Positions 8,757-17,145 of a stretch of DNA of 64,000 bases are shown piece by piece. The stretch comes from an uncultured Acidobacteriota bacterium (GTDB taxonomy: Bacteria; Acidobacteriota; Thermoanaerobaculia; Gp7-AA8): positions 1 to 64,000 of the forward strand of contig CAVUKB010000010.1 of the NCBI GenBank assembly GCA_963741955.1, written 5' to 3'. The notes beneath the pieces are model-generated. The model had not been told where the DNA came from. It did no database searches and was given only the letters and a program-made list of their open reading frames with translations. Each line of letters begins with the position of its first letter. The first letter of the stretch is position 1. The translations under genes and the position numbers were made by a program.

Positions 8757-11351
8757 ATGACCCGACGCATCGCCTCGTTCATATTGGTTTTCTTCGCTGC
8801 GATCAGCCTCTCCGCAGCGGCCATTCCCTCTCCCTCGCAGTTTCTCGGATTCGAGGTCGGAGCGGACCGCACTCTGGCCGACTACCACCAGATCGACGCC
8901 TACTTCCACGCTCTGGAAAAAGCGTCGCCCCGCGTAGCGGTGGAGTCGCTCGGGAAGAGCACTCTCGGCAACGACATGCTGATGGTGGTCGTCTCCTCCG
9001 AGGCGAACATGAAGAACCTTTCGCGAATCAAGGAGATCTCGCGGCGTCTCGCCGACCCGCGGGGACTTTCGGCCGGAGAGCTCGATTCGCTCGTGAAGGA
9101 AGGAAAGGCCGTCGTCCTCGTCACCTGCAATATCCACTCGACCGAGATCGCGTCGAGCCAGATGGCGATGGAATGGGCGTGGTCGCTCGCGACGGCGACC
9201 GACGCGCAGACGATGGCGCGCCTCGACGACGTGGTGCTCCTCCTCGTCCCGTCGCTCAATCCGGATGGGCAGATCATGGAGACGGAGTGGTACCGGAAAT
9301 GGCTCGGGACGAAGTACGAGGGAGGGCGGATGCCGTGGCTCTACCACCCGTACGTGGGCCACGACGACAACCGCGACTGGTTCATGCTCACGCAGAAGGA
9401 AACGCGCAACATGAGCCGGGCGATCTACCACGAGTGGTTCCCTCAGGTGTTCGTCGACGAGCACCAGATGGGAAGCGAAGGGCCGCGGATGTTCATCCCG
9501 CCCTTTTCGGATCCGATGGATCCGGACGTGAATCCCCTGATCTGGCGCGAGGTGAACCTGATCGGCGCGAACATGGCCCTCCGGCTCGAGCAGGCGGGAA
9601 AAGCGGGACTGATCTACGGATACTCCTTCGATGCGTACTGGATGGGGGGAACCCGGAACACGGGGTGGTGGAAGAACATCACCGGACTCCTGCTGGAGAT
9701 CGCGTCGGCGAAGATGGCGACGCCGGTGTACGTCGAGCCGACCGAGCTCCGAGGAGGTTCGAAGGGGCTGTCGGACTACCGTCCGCAGGTCAATTTCCCG
9801 AACCCGTGGCGCGGTGGGTGGTGGCACCTCCGCGACATCATGGATTACGAGCGCATCGCGTCAGATGCGCTGCTGGAGATCGCATCGAGGCGCCGGGAAG
9901 ACCTTCTCCGCGACATCGCGGCGCGGGCAAATGCCGCGATCGCGACGGCGGGAGAGGGAGGATGGCGGATCCCTGCGGATCAACGTGACCGTCCGACGGC
10001 GGTCCACCTCGCGAGAATCCTGGCCGATCACAATGTGGAGGTCTACGTCGCGGAGAACGGCGACTTCTGGATCCCGGCTTCTCAGCCGTACTCGCGATTC
10101 GTCGAGGAGCTCCTCGAGCCGCAGCGGTATCCGGAAGTGAGGATGACCGGAGCGACGGACATCCTCCCGCCCTACGACGTCGCGACCTGGACCCTTCCTC
10201 TGATGATGGGAGTGGAAGCGAAAAAGGTGCAGCAGCTTCCGGCTCCGGTCGCGAAGCTCGTTGCGAGTGGCGCCAGACGGCTTCCGCCGTCGGCCGACAT
10301 GCGGGTCGCGGGACGAGACTACACGGATGTCGCAATCGCCTCGGAGGCGCCTGTCGCGCCGTTCTATGCACTCGACCCGGTATCTCCGGAGCGGTTCAGG
10401 GTCTCGAACGTGGCACTCCACGCGAAGAATGCCGATGTGCGCATCGCAACGCACGCAATGAGCAGCGGTGCGGGCGCGCTCGCCGCCGGGACGATCGTGG
10501 TCCCGGGAAGCGACGGCGTTCGCGCGGCCGCGGCGGGTGCAGGCGTGACGCTCGTTCCGCTCGAATCGCTCCCCGCGGGTCTCGAGCGTCTCCAATCGCC
10601 GCGGATCGGAATGTACAAACCGTGGCAGGCCTCGGTCGACGAGGGATGGACCCGCTGGCTTCTGGAGCAGTACGGCTTTCCCTTGCAGTCACTCGACAAC
10701 GACGCCTTACGAAAGGGAGACCTCGGAAAGAGCCTCGACGTGATCGTCCTTCCGGACATCTCGAAGGAAGTGATCGCGACCGGACGGCCGCGCAGCGAAG
10801 ACGGGTCTGCGTCTTACTTCGCGGAGCTCCCACCGCAGTATCAGGGTGGGATCGGCGAGGCGGGGACGAAGGCGCTGAAGAAATTCGTGGAGGATGGCGG
10901 GACGCTCCTGGCACTCTCATCGTCCACGCAGTGGGTGATCGACAACTTCAACATTCCGGTCCGGAACGCGCTCGCGAAGGTGCGGCGGGACGAGTTCAAC
11001 TGCCCGGGATCGCTGCTCCGGATCGAGATCCGGCCGGATCATCCGGTCACGTTCGGACTCCCGGCGGAGACTGCGGCATTCGTCGACGAAGGAATCGCAT
11101 TCGACACGACCGTCCCGGGGTCAGAGCTGCAGCGATGGGTTCTCGCCTGGTATCCGGAAGAGAGCGATTCGATTCTTCTGTCGGGGTGGATCCGGGGCGC
11201 GCAGCGGTTGACGAGGAAGGCCGCTGCGGTCGCGACGACGTACGGGAAGGGGCGCATGGTGCTGATCGGATTCCGCCCGCAGAGCCGGGCCCAGACCGAT
11301 GCGACGTTCCCGTTCCTGTTCAACACCTTGTACTGGCCGGCGTTGAAGTGA
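8757..11351 (+). CDS. Exported M14 zinc carboxypeptidase family protein with C-terminal glutamine-amidotransferase-like domain
   Basis: Signal peptide; NIHSTE (HxxE), NPDG, DNRDW, DEHQM; DEGWTRWLLEQYGF; TATAAT at 8695 and GGAG RBS. Confidence 0.88.
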   Translation: MTRRIASFILVFFAAISLSAAAIPSPSQFLGFEVGADRTLADYHQIDAYFHALEKASPRVAVESLGKSTLGNDMLMVVVSSEANMKNLSRIKEISRRLADPRGLSAGELDSLVKEGKAVVLVTCNIHSTEIASSQMAMEWAWSLATATDAQTMARLDDVVLLLVPSLNPDGQIMETEWYRKWLGTKYEGGRMPWLYHPYVGHDDNRDWFMLTQKETRNMSRAIYHEWFPQVFVDEHQMGSEGPRMFIPPFSDPMDPDVNPLIWREVNLIGANMALRLEQAGKAGLIYGYSFDAYWMGGTRNTGWWKNITGLLLEIASAKMATPVYVEPTELRGGSKGLSDYRPQVNFPNPWRGGWWHLRDIMDYERIASDALLEIASRRREDLLRDIAARANAAIATAGEGGWRIPADQRDRPTAVHLARILADHNVEVYVAENGDFWIPASQPYSRFVEELLEPQRYPEVRMTGATDILPPYDVATWTLPLMMGVEAKKVQQLPAPVAKLVASGARRLPPSADMRVAGRDYTDVAIASEAPVAPFYALDPVSPERFRVSNVALHAKNADVRIATHAMSSGAGALAAGTIVVPGSDGVRAAAAGAGVTLVPLESLPAGLERLQSPRIGMYKPWQASVDEGWTRWLLEQYGFPLQSLDNDALRKGDLGKSLDVIVLPDISKEVIATGRPRSEDGSASYFAELPPQYQGGIGEAGTKALKKFVEDGGTLLALSSSTQWVIDNFNIPVRNALAKVRRDEFNCPGSLLRIEIRPDHPVTFGLPAETAAFVDEGIAFDTTVPGSELQRWVLAWYPEESDSILLSGWIRGAQRLTRKAAAVATTYGKGRMVLIGFRPQSRAQTDATFPFLFNTLYWPALK

Positions 11352-11363
11352 ATGCGACGCTAG

Positions 11364-11540
11364 CCCGCATTTCTCACACCATCTCTGCTGCGGAGCCGGA
11401 TAGCGGCCTGTCTGCTGCGTTGAGCCGCGCTCCGGCGACTCGACATAGTCACCACTATGCCTTCGTCGCCGAAGCGAGGCACGCCTTGCATCCAGGTCAC
11501 TCTCCGGCTCCTCGCGACGAGATGGTGTGAGAAATGCGGG
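11364..11540. mobile_element. MITE family A, copy 1 (177 bp)
   Basis: Perfect 22-bp TIRs CCCGCATTTCTCACACCATCTC / GAGATGGTGTGAGAAATGCGGG; CTAG on both sides; four copies in the window. Confidence 0.85.
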
Positions 11541-11544
11541 CTAG

Positions 11545-11703
11545 GAGTCTGCGCGGTAGAAACTGTCCTACTGCGAAAGCGGATCAGCGGTCCAAATCCG
11601 TCCGGATTTTCGGCGAGTAGCCACCGCTACGCACCTCAAATCCGAACGAATTTGGCCTCGTTGCTCCGCTTTCTCGCTACGGACGTTTCTATCGCGCAGA
11701 CTC
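11545..11703. mobile_element. MITE family B, copy 1 (159 bp)
   Basis: TIRs GAGTCTGCGCGGTAGAAAC / GTTTCTATCGCGCAGACTC; CTAG on both sides; near-identical inverted copy at 35966-36124. Confidence 0.85.
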
Positions 11704-11750
11704 CTAGTAGTCTGCGCGATCGAGCGGAGCGGCGGGTCGGCTGGAGTAAG

Positions 11751-12061
11751 ATGACGGGATCGGAAAGAAACGATCGGTCAGTCCGCTGTTCGTCTCCATT
11801 CTCGCCGGGCTCGGCCTGACGGGATGGGCGTTCCTGCGCGATGGCGACTGGGCGCTGTACCCCGCGAACGTCATCCTCGGAGCGGTTCTTCACGTGGCGA
11901 ATCCGTTTGCGGACGCGGGGGACGTCCGCGTCTTCGCGATCCTGATGCTCCTGATCGCGGTGAACTCCCTGATCTGGGCGCTGGCGGTGTACGGCCTGTT
12001 GCGAGGAGCCGCTGCGGGCTGGCGGCGACTCCGTCCGGGAATGCTTCATGCCGGATCATGA
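11751..12061 (+). pseudogene. Small membrane protein (about 100 aa) with an apparent frameshift near its 5' end
   Basis: GGAG RBS and ATG at 11751 lie in one frame; the hydrophobic frame SPLFVSILAGLGLTGWAFL..VFAILMLLIAVNSLIWALAVYGLL is the -1 frame, ending at TGA 12059-12061. Confidence 0.5.
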
Positions 12062-12227
12062 GGGTCATGTCTTCAGTTCTGGATCCTGTTCCGGTAGAAC
12101 GGTCGGGTTTCCGTCTGGTTGGACAAGCGCCGCTCGGAACCTCTATAGTTTTCCGGCTCGGAGGTCAGTGCCCATCTTTTTGTGGCCTCGCTCTCTTCTA
12201 TGTTATGAGGTTCCTCCCGGAGGATTG

Positions 12228-13937
12228 ATGGCAGCGGCTCCCTGGCTCGAACATTACGATTCGGACGTACCCGCGAACATCGGCGCCTACCCGGAAAAGA
12301 CCCTGCTCGATTTTCTCGCCGGGCATGCAGCGGGCCAGCCCGACCAGCCGGCGATTCTCTTCAAGGGAACTGCGATGAGCTGGAAGGAGCTGGAGGAGGC
12401 GAGCGACGCCTTCGCACGGTCCCTGACCCGACTCGGCGTGCAACGGGGCGAACGAGTCGCCCTTCTCCTCCCGAATTCTCCGCAGTTCCTCATCGCGGAA
12501 ATCGGAGCGTGGAAGTGCGGCGCGATCGTCGTCCCGCAGAACCCGATCTACTCCGAACGTGAGCTCCGGGAATCGTTGAGTACCAGCGATCCCGAGACCA
12601 TCGTCGTGCTCACCCCTTTCTACCAGCGGGTGAAATCGATCCAGTCGAAGACCACCGTGCGCCGGGTGATCGCGACGAATATCAAGGAGTACCTTCCGCC
12701 ACTGCTCGGATTCCTCTTCACACTCTTCATGGAGCGGAAAGAAGGGCACCGGATCGAGCTTCGCCACGGAGATTTCTGGTTTCGGGACCTCCTCGCGGAG
12801 GGGAGGACAGACTCGACTCCGCTGGAGAAACCGGGACCGGACGACGAGGCGATCATCCTCATGAGCGGAGGGACGACCGGCACACCGAAGGGGGTGCTCG
12901 GGACGCACCGGGGATTCGTTCAGGCGGGGACGCAGGTGACGACCTGGCTGCGGAAGGCGCTGGAAGGCTCCCGGAATCGCGTGTTCCTCCCACTGCCGCT
13001 GTTCCACACTTACGCCTGCACCGGCGCGCAGAGCATCGCCATGATCGGGGGAATGCCGCTGATCCTGATCCCCAATCCGCGCGACATGCGGGATCTGCTC
13101 AAGACCATCGACCGCGAGCGGCCCTCGTTTCTCTGCGGCGTGCCGACATTGTTCAATGCGATGCTCAAGCACCCGCTGGTGCGGAAGAAGAAGATCGATT
13201 TCTCGTCGATTCGAGTCTGCTTTTCCGGTGCCTCGGCATTGATGAACGAGACGAAGCGCCGCTTCGAGGAGATCACCGGGGGAAGAATCGTGGAAGGCTA
13301 CTCGCTGACGGAGGCGACGATGGCCTGCTGCATCAACCCGTTCGAAGGGGAGAACAAGATCGGATCGGTGGGGATGCCTCTGCCGGACGTCGAGGTGCTG
13401 ATCGTCGATGCAGACGATGGATCGAAGCTCCTCCCGATCGGTGAGACCGGAGAGATCGTGATGCGCGCTCCGCAGCTCATGCCCGGGTACTGGGAGAACG
13501 AGGAGGAGACGGCGACGATGCTCCGTCCCGCTCCGGACGGCCTCCTCTCTCTCTACACCGGAGACCTCGGGTACCTCGACGAAGATGGATATCTCTTCAT
13601 CGTCGACAGGAAGAAAGACCTGATCAAGACGAGCGGCTATCAGGTCTGGCCGCGCGAGATCGAAGAGGTGGTCTCGTCTCATCCTGCCGTGGCGGAGGTC
13701 GGAGTGGCCGGCGTTCCGGATGCGCGGAAGGGAGAGGCGATCAAGGCATGGGTGGTTCTTCTTCCGCACGCCGCTCCGGTAGGAGAGGACGCGCTGAGGA
13801 GCTACTGTCGCGAGCGGCTCGCACCGTACAAGGTGCCGTCGTTCATCGAGTTCAGGGACGAGCTTCCGAAGTCGCTGGTCGGGAAAGTACTCCGGAGAGT
13901 CCTCGCCGCCGAAGCCCGGGAAGCATCTGATATCTGA
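12228..13937 (+). CDS. fadD: Long-chain fatty acid-CoA ligase
   Basis: SGGTTGTPKG, EGYSLTE, YTGDLG, VDRKKDLIK, APYKVP, GKVLRR; GGAGGA RBS. Confidence 0.9.
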   Translation: MAAAPWLEHYDSDVPANIGAYPEKTLLDFLAGHAAGQPDQPAILFKGTAMSWKELEEASDAFARSLTRLGVQRGERVALLLPNSPQFLIAEIGAWKCGAIVVPQNPIYSERELRESLSTSDPETIVVLTPFYQRVKSIQSKTTVRRVIATNIKEYLPPLLGFLFTLFMERKEGHRIELRHGDFWFRDLLAEGRTDSTPLEKPGPDDEAIILMSGGTTGTPKGVLGTHRGFVQAGTQVTTWLRKALEGSRNRVFLPLPLFHTYACTGAQSIAMIGGMPLILIPNPRDMRDLLKTIDRERPSFLCGVPTLFNAMLKHPLVRKKKIDFSSIRVCFSGASALMNETKRRFEEITGGRIVEGYSLTEATMACCINPFEGENKIGSVGMPLPDVEVLIVDADDGSKLLPIGETGEIVMRAPQLMPGYWENEEETATMLRPAPDGLLSLYTGDLGYLDEDGYLFIVDRKKDLIKTSGYQVWPREIEEVVSSHPAVAEVGVAGVPDARKGEAIKAWVVLLPHAAPVGEDALRSYCRERLAPYKVPSFIEFRDELPKSLVGKVLRRVLAAEAREASDI

Positions 13938-14059
13938 TATCTATTATCTATTATCTGATATCTGAATTGATAGGATAGATCATAGATATAACAGATAATA
14001 GATAACAGATAATAGATAACAGATAATAGATATCAGATAATAGATAATAGATAATAGAT
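13925..14059. repeat. AT-rich heptamer arrays in inverted orientation
   Basis: ATCTGAT/ATCTATT units followed by AGATAAT/AGATAAC units; 13939-13963 is the exact reverse complement of 14028-14052. Confidence 0.92.
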
Positions 14060-15761
14060 GAAAACTGTTTCGCTCACGCTCTTCTTTCTTCTGGCCGGAT
14101 TGCCTGGCTCCTCTCTCGGGGCTTCCCGCGCGCCGGTCCGCGGTCGTCATGGAATGGTCGCCTCGGTGAGTGGAATCGCGTCGCGAATCGGCACCGATGT
14201 GATGAAGAAGGGAGGCAACGCCGTCGACGCGGCTGTCGCGGTCGGTCTCGCGCTCGAAGTGGTGTGGCCTTCGGCGGGAAATATCGGAGGCGGCGGGTTC
14301 ATGCTGATCCGTTTCCCCGACGGAAAGTCGATCGCCATCGACTACCGGGAGAGGGCCCCGCTCGCCGCGACCCGTACGATGTATCTCGACGAGAACGGGA
14401 AGGTGATCGAAGGCGCGTCGACGCTCGGATACCAGGGTGTGGGTGTTCCCGGTACCGTCGCCGGCTTCGCCCTCGCGAACCGCAAGTACGGGAAGCTCCC
14501 GTGGAAGGAGCTGATCGAGCCTGCGGTTCGCCTGGCCAGAGATGGATTCGTCATCGACCACGACCTCGCCGGAAGCCTCAACGCCAAAGAGAATGTCAGA
14601 CGCCTCGGAAAGTTCGCCGAGAGCCGGCGGATCTTCCTTCGAAACGGGAAGCCTTACGAGGAGGGTGAGATCTTCAGGCAGCCGGAGCTCGCTGCGACTC
14701 TCGAGCGGATCCGTGACGAGGGAGCCGGCGATTTCTACGAGGGAAAGACCGCGAAGCTGATCGTCGACGCGATGAAGCAGAACGGCGGGCTGATCACCGC
14801 GCGCGATCTCGCCACGTACGAGCCTACCGAGCGTGAACCGCTTCGCGGCAGTTACCGGGGATACGACATCATCACCATGCCGCCTCCATCGTCGGGCGGC
14901 ATCGTCCTGACCGAGATGCTGAACATGCTCTCCCACTACGACCTCCGCACTCTCGGACGCAACTCGGCGGCATCCATCCATCTGTTGACGGAGGTCATGA
15001 GGCGGGCGTACGCGGATCGTGCGTCGTACCTCGGCGACACCGACTTCGTCCAGGGCGTACCCGTCGAAGGGCTGATGTCCCCTGCGTACGCCGCAGAGCT
15101 GGTGAAAGGGATCGACCTCACGAGGGCAACCAGGAGCAGCGAGATCGGGAACCCGAAACCGCAGCGGTACGAGTCGCCGGACACGACTCATTACTCAGTG
15201 GTCGACGGCGCAGGAACCGTCGTGTCCAACACCTACACCTTGAACTCGGCCTACGGCTCTGCAGTGACGGTGAAAGGTGGAGGGTTCCTTCTCAACAACG
15301 AGATGGACGACTTCACCTCGAAGCCGGGTGTACCGAACGAGTACGGACTCATTCAGGGTGAGGCGAATTCGATCGCGCCGCGGAAGCGCCCACTCTCGTC
15401 GATGACCCCCACGATCGTGCTGAAGAACGGAGAGTTCCGATTTGCGGTCGGAAGTCCCGGAGGCTCGACGATCATCAATACCGTCCTGCAGGTAATTCTG
15501 AATGTCGTCGACTACGGGATGGACATTCAGCAGGCGGTCGATGCTCCGCGGGTCCATCATCAGTGGATGCCGGACGAGATCCGGTGGGAGCCGTACGGGC
15601 TGAACGCCGACACGCGAGCGATTCTCGTGAAGATGGGTCACCATATCCGGGAGAAGCCGGGCTACATAGGCGATGCGGAGGCCGTCGGAATCGATCCGAC
15701 GGACGGGATGCTTCTCGGCGCATCGGATCCGAGAGGCGGCGGCGAACCGGCAGGGTATTAA
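14058..15761 (+). CDS. ggt: Gamma-glutamyltransferase
   Basis: Signal peptide; GGNAVDAAV, IDYRERAP, PPPSSGG, autocleavage DTTHYS, LNNEMDDF, RPLSSMTP, GSPGG. Confidence 0.97.
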   Translation: MKTVSLTLFFLLAGLPGSSLGASRAPVRGRHGMVASVSGIASRIGTDVMKKGGNAVDAAVAVGLALEVVWPSAGNIGGGGFMLIRFPDGKSIAIDYRERAPLAATRTMYLDENGKVIEGASTLGYQGVGVPGTVAGFALANRKYGKLPWKELIEPAVRLARDGFVIDHDLAGSLNAKENVRRLGKFAESRRIFLRNGKPYEEGEIFRQPELAATLERIRDEGAGDFYEGKTAKLIVDAMKQNGGLITARDLATYEPTEREPLRGSYRGYDIITMPPPSSGGIVLTEMLNMLSHYDLRTLGRNSAASIHLLTEVMRRAYADRASYLGDTDFVQGVPVEGLMSPAYAAELVKGIDLTRATRSSEIGNPKPQRYESPDTTHYSVVDGAGTVVSNTYTLNSAYGSAVTVKGGGFLLNNEMDDFTSKPGVPNEYGLIQGEANSIAPRKRPLSSMTPTIVLKNGEFRFAVGSPGGSTIINTVLQVILNVVDYGMDIQQAVDAPRVHHQWMPDEIRWEPYGLNADTRAILVKMGHHIREKPGYIGDAEAVGIDPTDGMLLGASDPRGGGEPAGY

Positions 15762-15938
15762 CCCGCATTTCTCACACCATCTCTGCTGCGGAGACGGAGA
15801 GCGGCCTGTCTGCTGCGTTGAGCCTCGCTTCGGCTCCTCAACATAGTCACTACTATGCCTTCGTCGCCGAAGCGGGGCGCGCCTTGCGTCCAGGCCACTC
15901 TCCGCCTCCTCGCGACGAGATGGTGTGAGAAATGCGGG
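15762..15938. mobile_element. MITE family A, copy 2
   Basis: Same TIRs; left flank TTAA contains the ggt stop codon, right flank is TCAG. Confidence 0.85.
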
Positions 15939-15945
15939 TCAGCCC

Positions 15946-16156
15946 CAATGGCCCGACCTTAAGCAAAATCCGCGTGTCAGCCAGGAGTCGACCCGTGCTT
16001 GCTGAGCAGCGAAGGATCCCCTCTCCGAGGGGCGCCACGGCTCCCGCCGTGGCCGCGCAGATCGCCTTCAGAACGGAACGAGACGACACCTGCTGCGCAG
16101 TAACTCCGCGCATCGGGTCTGTGAACACCAGATTGCCACTTAAGTTCAGGCCATTG
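15946..16156. mobile_element. IS4-like non-autonomous element (211 bp) with 10-bp target duplication
   Basis: TIRs CAATGGCCCGACCTTAAG / CTTAAGTTCAGGCCATTG (16 of 18 match); GGGTCAGCCC at 15936-15945 and 16157-16166; the AATG..TTAAG pattern resembles IS4 ends. Confidence 0.82.
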
Positions 16157-16175
16157 GGGTCAGCCCGCGAACTCC

Positions 16176-16772
16176 TCAGGTCCAGCGGATGTCGAAGGAG
16201 CACGACGGATCGCCGAAGCACTGGCATTCCGTCTCCCGGACCTGCGGCGATTTCCCGCCATGGTTCGCCACGCACTGTTCGTAGTAGCCAACGGCGCTTT
16301 CGCAGAAGACGCGGCTGAAGCAGGGGTATTCGGTATGGATCATGACGCCGGAGGTATCGCCGGTCTTCTCGTACCGGACGCTCCCGAAATCCTGGAATTG
16401 ACGGTGGAGGAGTGCCGAGTTGAGAAAGAACTCGTGGTTGGTGTAGCGATCGAAGACTCGATAGGTCGTGGAGAGATTGATCTTCGCGGAGTAGCTTCCC
16501 AGCTCAGGGAGAAGGTCGGGGTCGTCATCGCCGAACATCGCGAGGATGGCGCGGTCGATGCGGATGAGCCACTCGAACGGATACCAGGAAGAGGCGAGAA
16601 TCACTCCGGAAAGGGTCTCGGTCGCCTCGGGTGGAAGTTCCGTCCAGAGATCGTTGGCGCGATCGGGATGACGTTCCTGAAGCCAGGCGATGTGCGAGCG
16701 GAAGATCCCTCCCTTGAGTTTTCCTCCCGCCAGGACCTCTCGTTCGAGGCGGCCGGAACCGAGCGCAGTCAT
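16176..16772 (-). CDS. V4R-like / TIGR02265-like putative ligand-binding protein
   Basis: KGGIF..ILASSWYP..LGSYSA..FCESAVGY..ETECQCFGDPSCSFDIRW with V4R-type cysteines; GAGGGGG RBS. Confidence 0.7.
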   Translation of the reverse strand: MTALGSGRLEREVLAGGKLKGGIFRSHIAWLQERHPDRANDLWTELPPEATETLSGVILASSWYPFEWLIRIDRAILAMFGDDDPDLLPELGSYSAKINLSTTYRVFDRYTNHEFFLNSALLHRQFQDFGSVRYEKTGDTSGVMIHTEYPCFSRVFCESAVGYYEQCVANHGGKSPQVRETECQCFGDPSCSFDIRWT

Positions 16773-17145
16773 GCTGAAATATCCCCCTCTCTGATCCGTG
16801 GAACCCCTCTGCAATTCCGACGGGCGGCGGGACCGCAGGTTCTGTTCCACGCGCTGCGCACGGACGACCTGGAGGTGCCGATCGTTGCAGTGCGATTCCC
16901 CATTCTCGCACGACCCGGAGGCTGCGGCGATCCCTTCCGAGTTCTGGACGCCCTGGCCGAGACTCGGAAAGGACCTACATTGATCGGAGGGAAGTTGCGT
17001 TTCGAAGACGGCAGGATCTGCATCCATCCGCCGGGTGCACCGAAACGTTGCCGGCGTTTGTGGCACACTGTCATGGATCCCTCTGGATGCCGACGGTTTA
17101 CGCGTCGGTGACGGTGGGATGGGTGATGGGCGGAGACGTAGCGAA

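Noticed and set aside
17058-17076. Sigma-54 promoter at TGGCAC upstream of the GGDEF-EAL gene
   Set aside because: The -12 TTGC element is missing at the required spacing.
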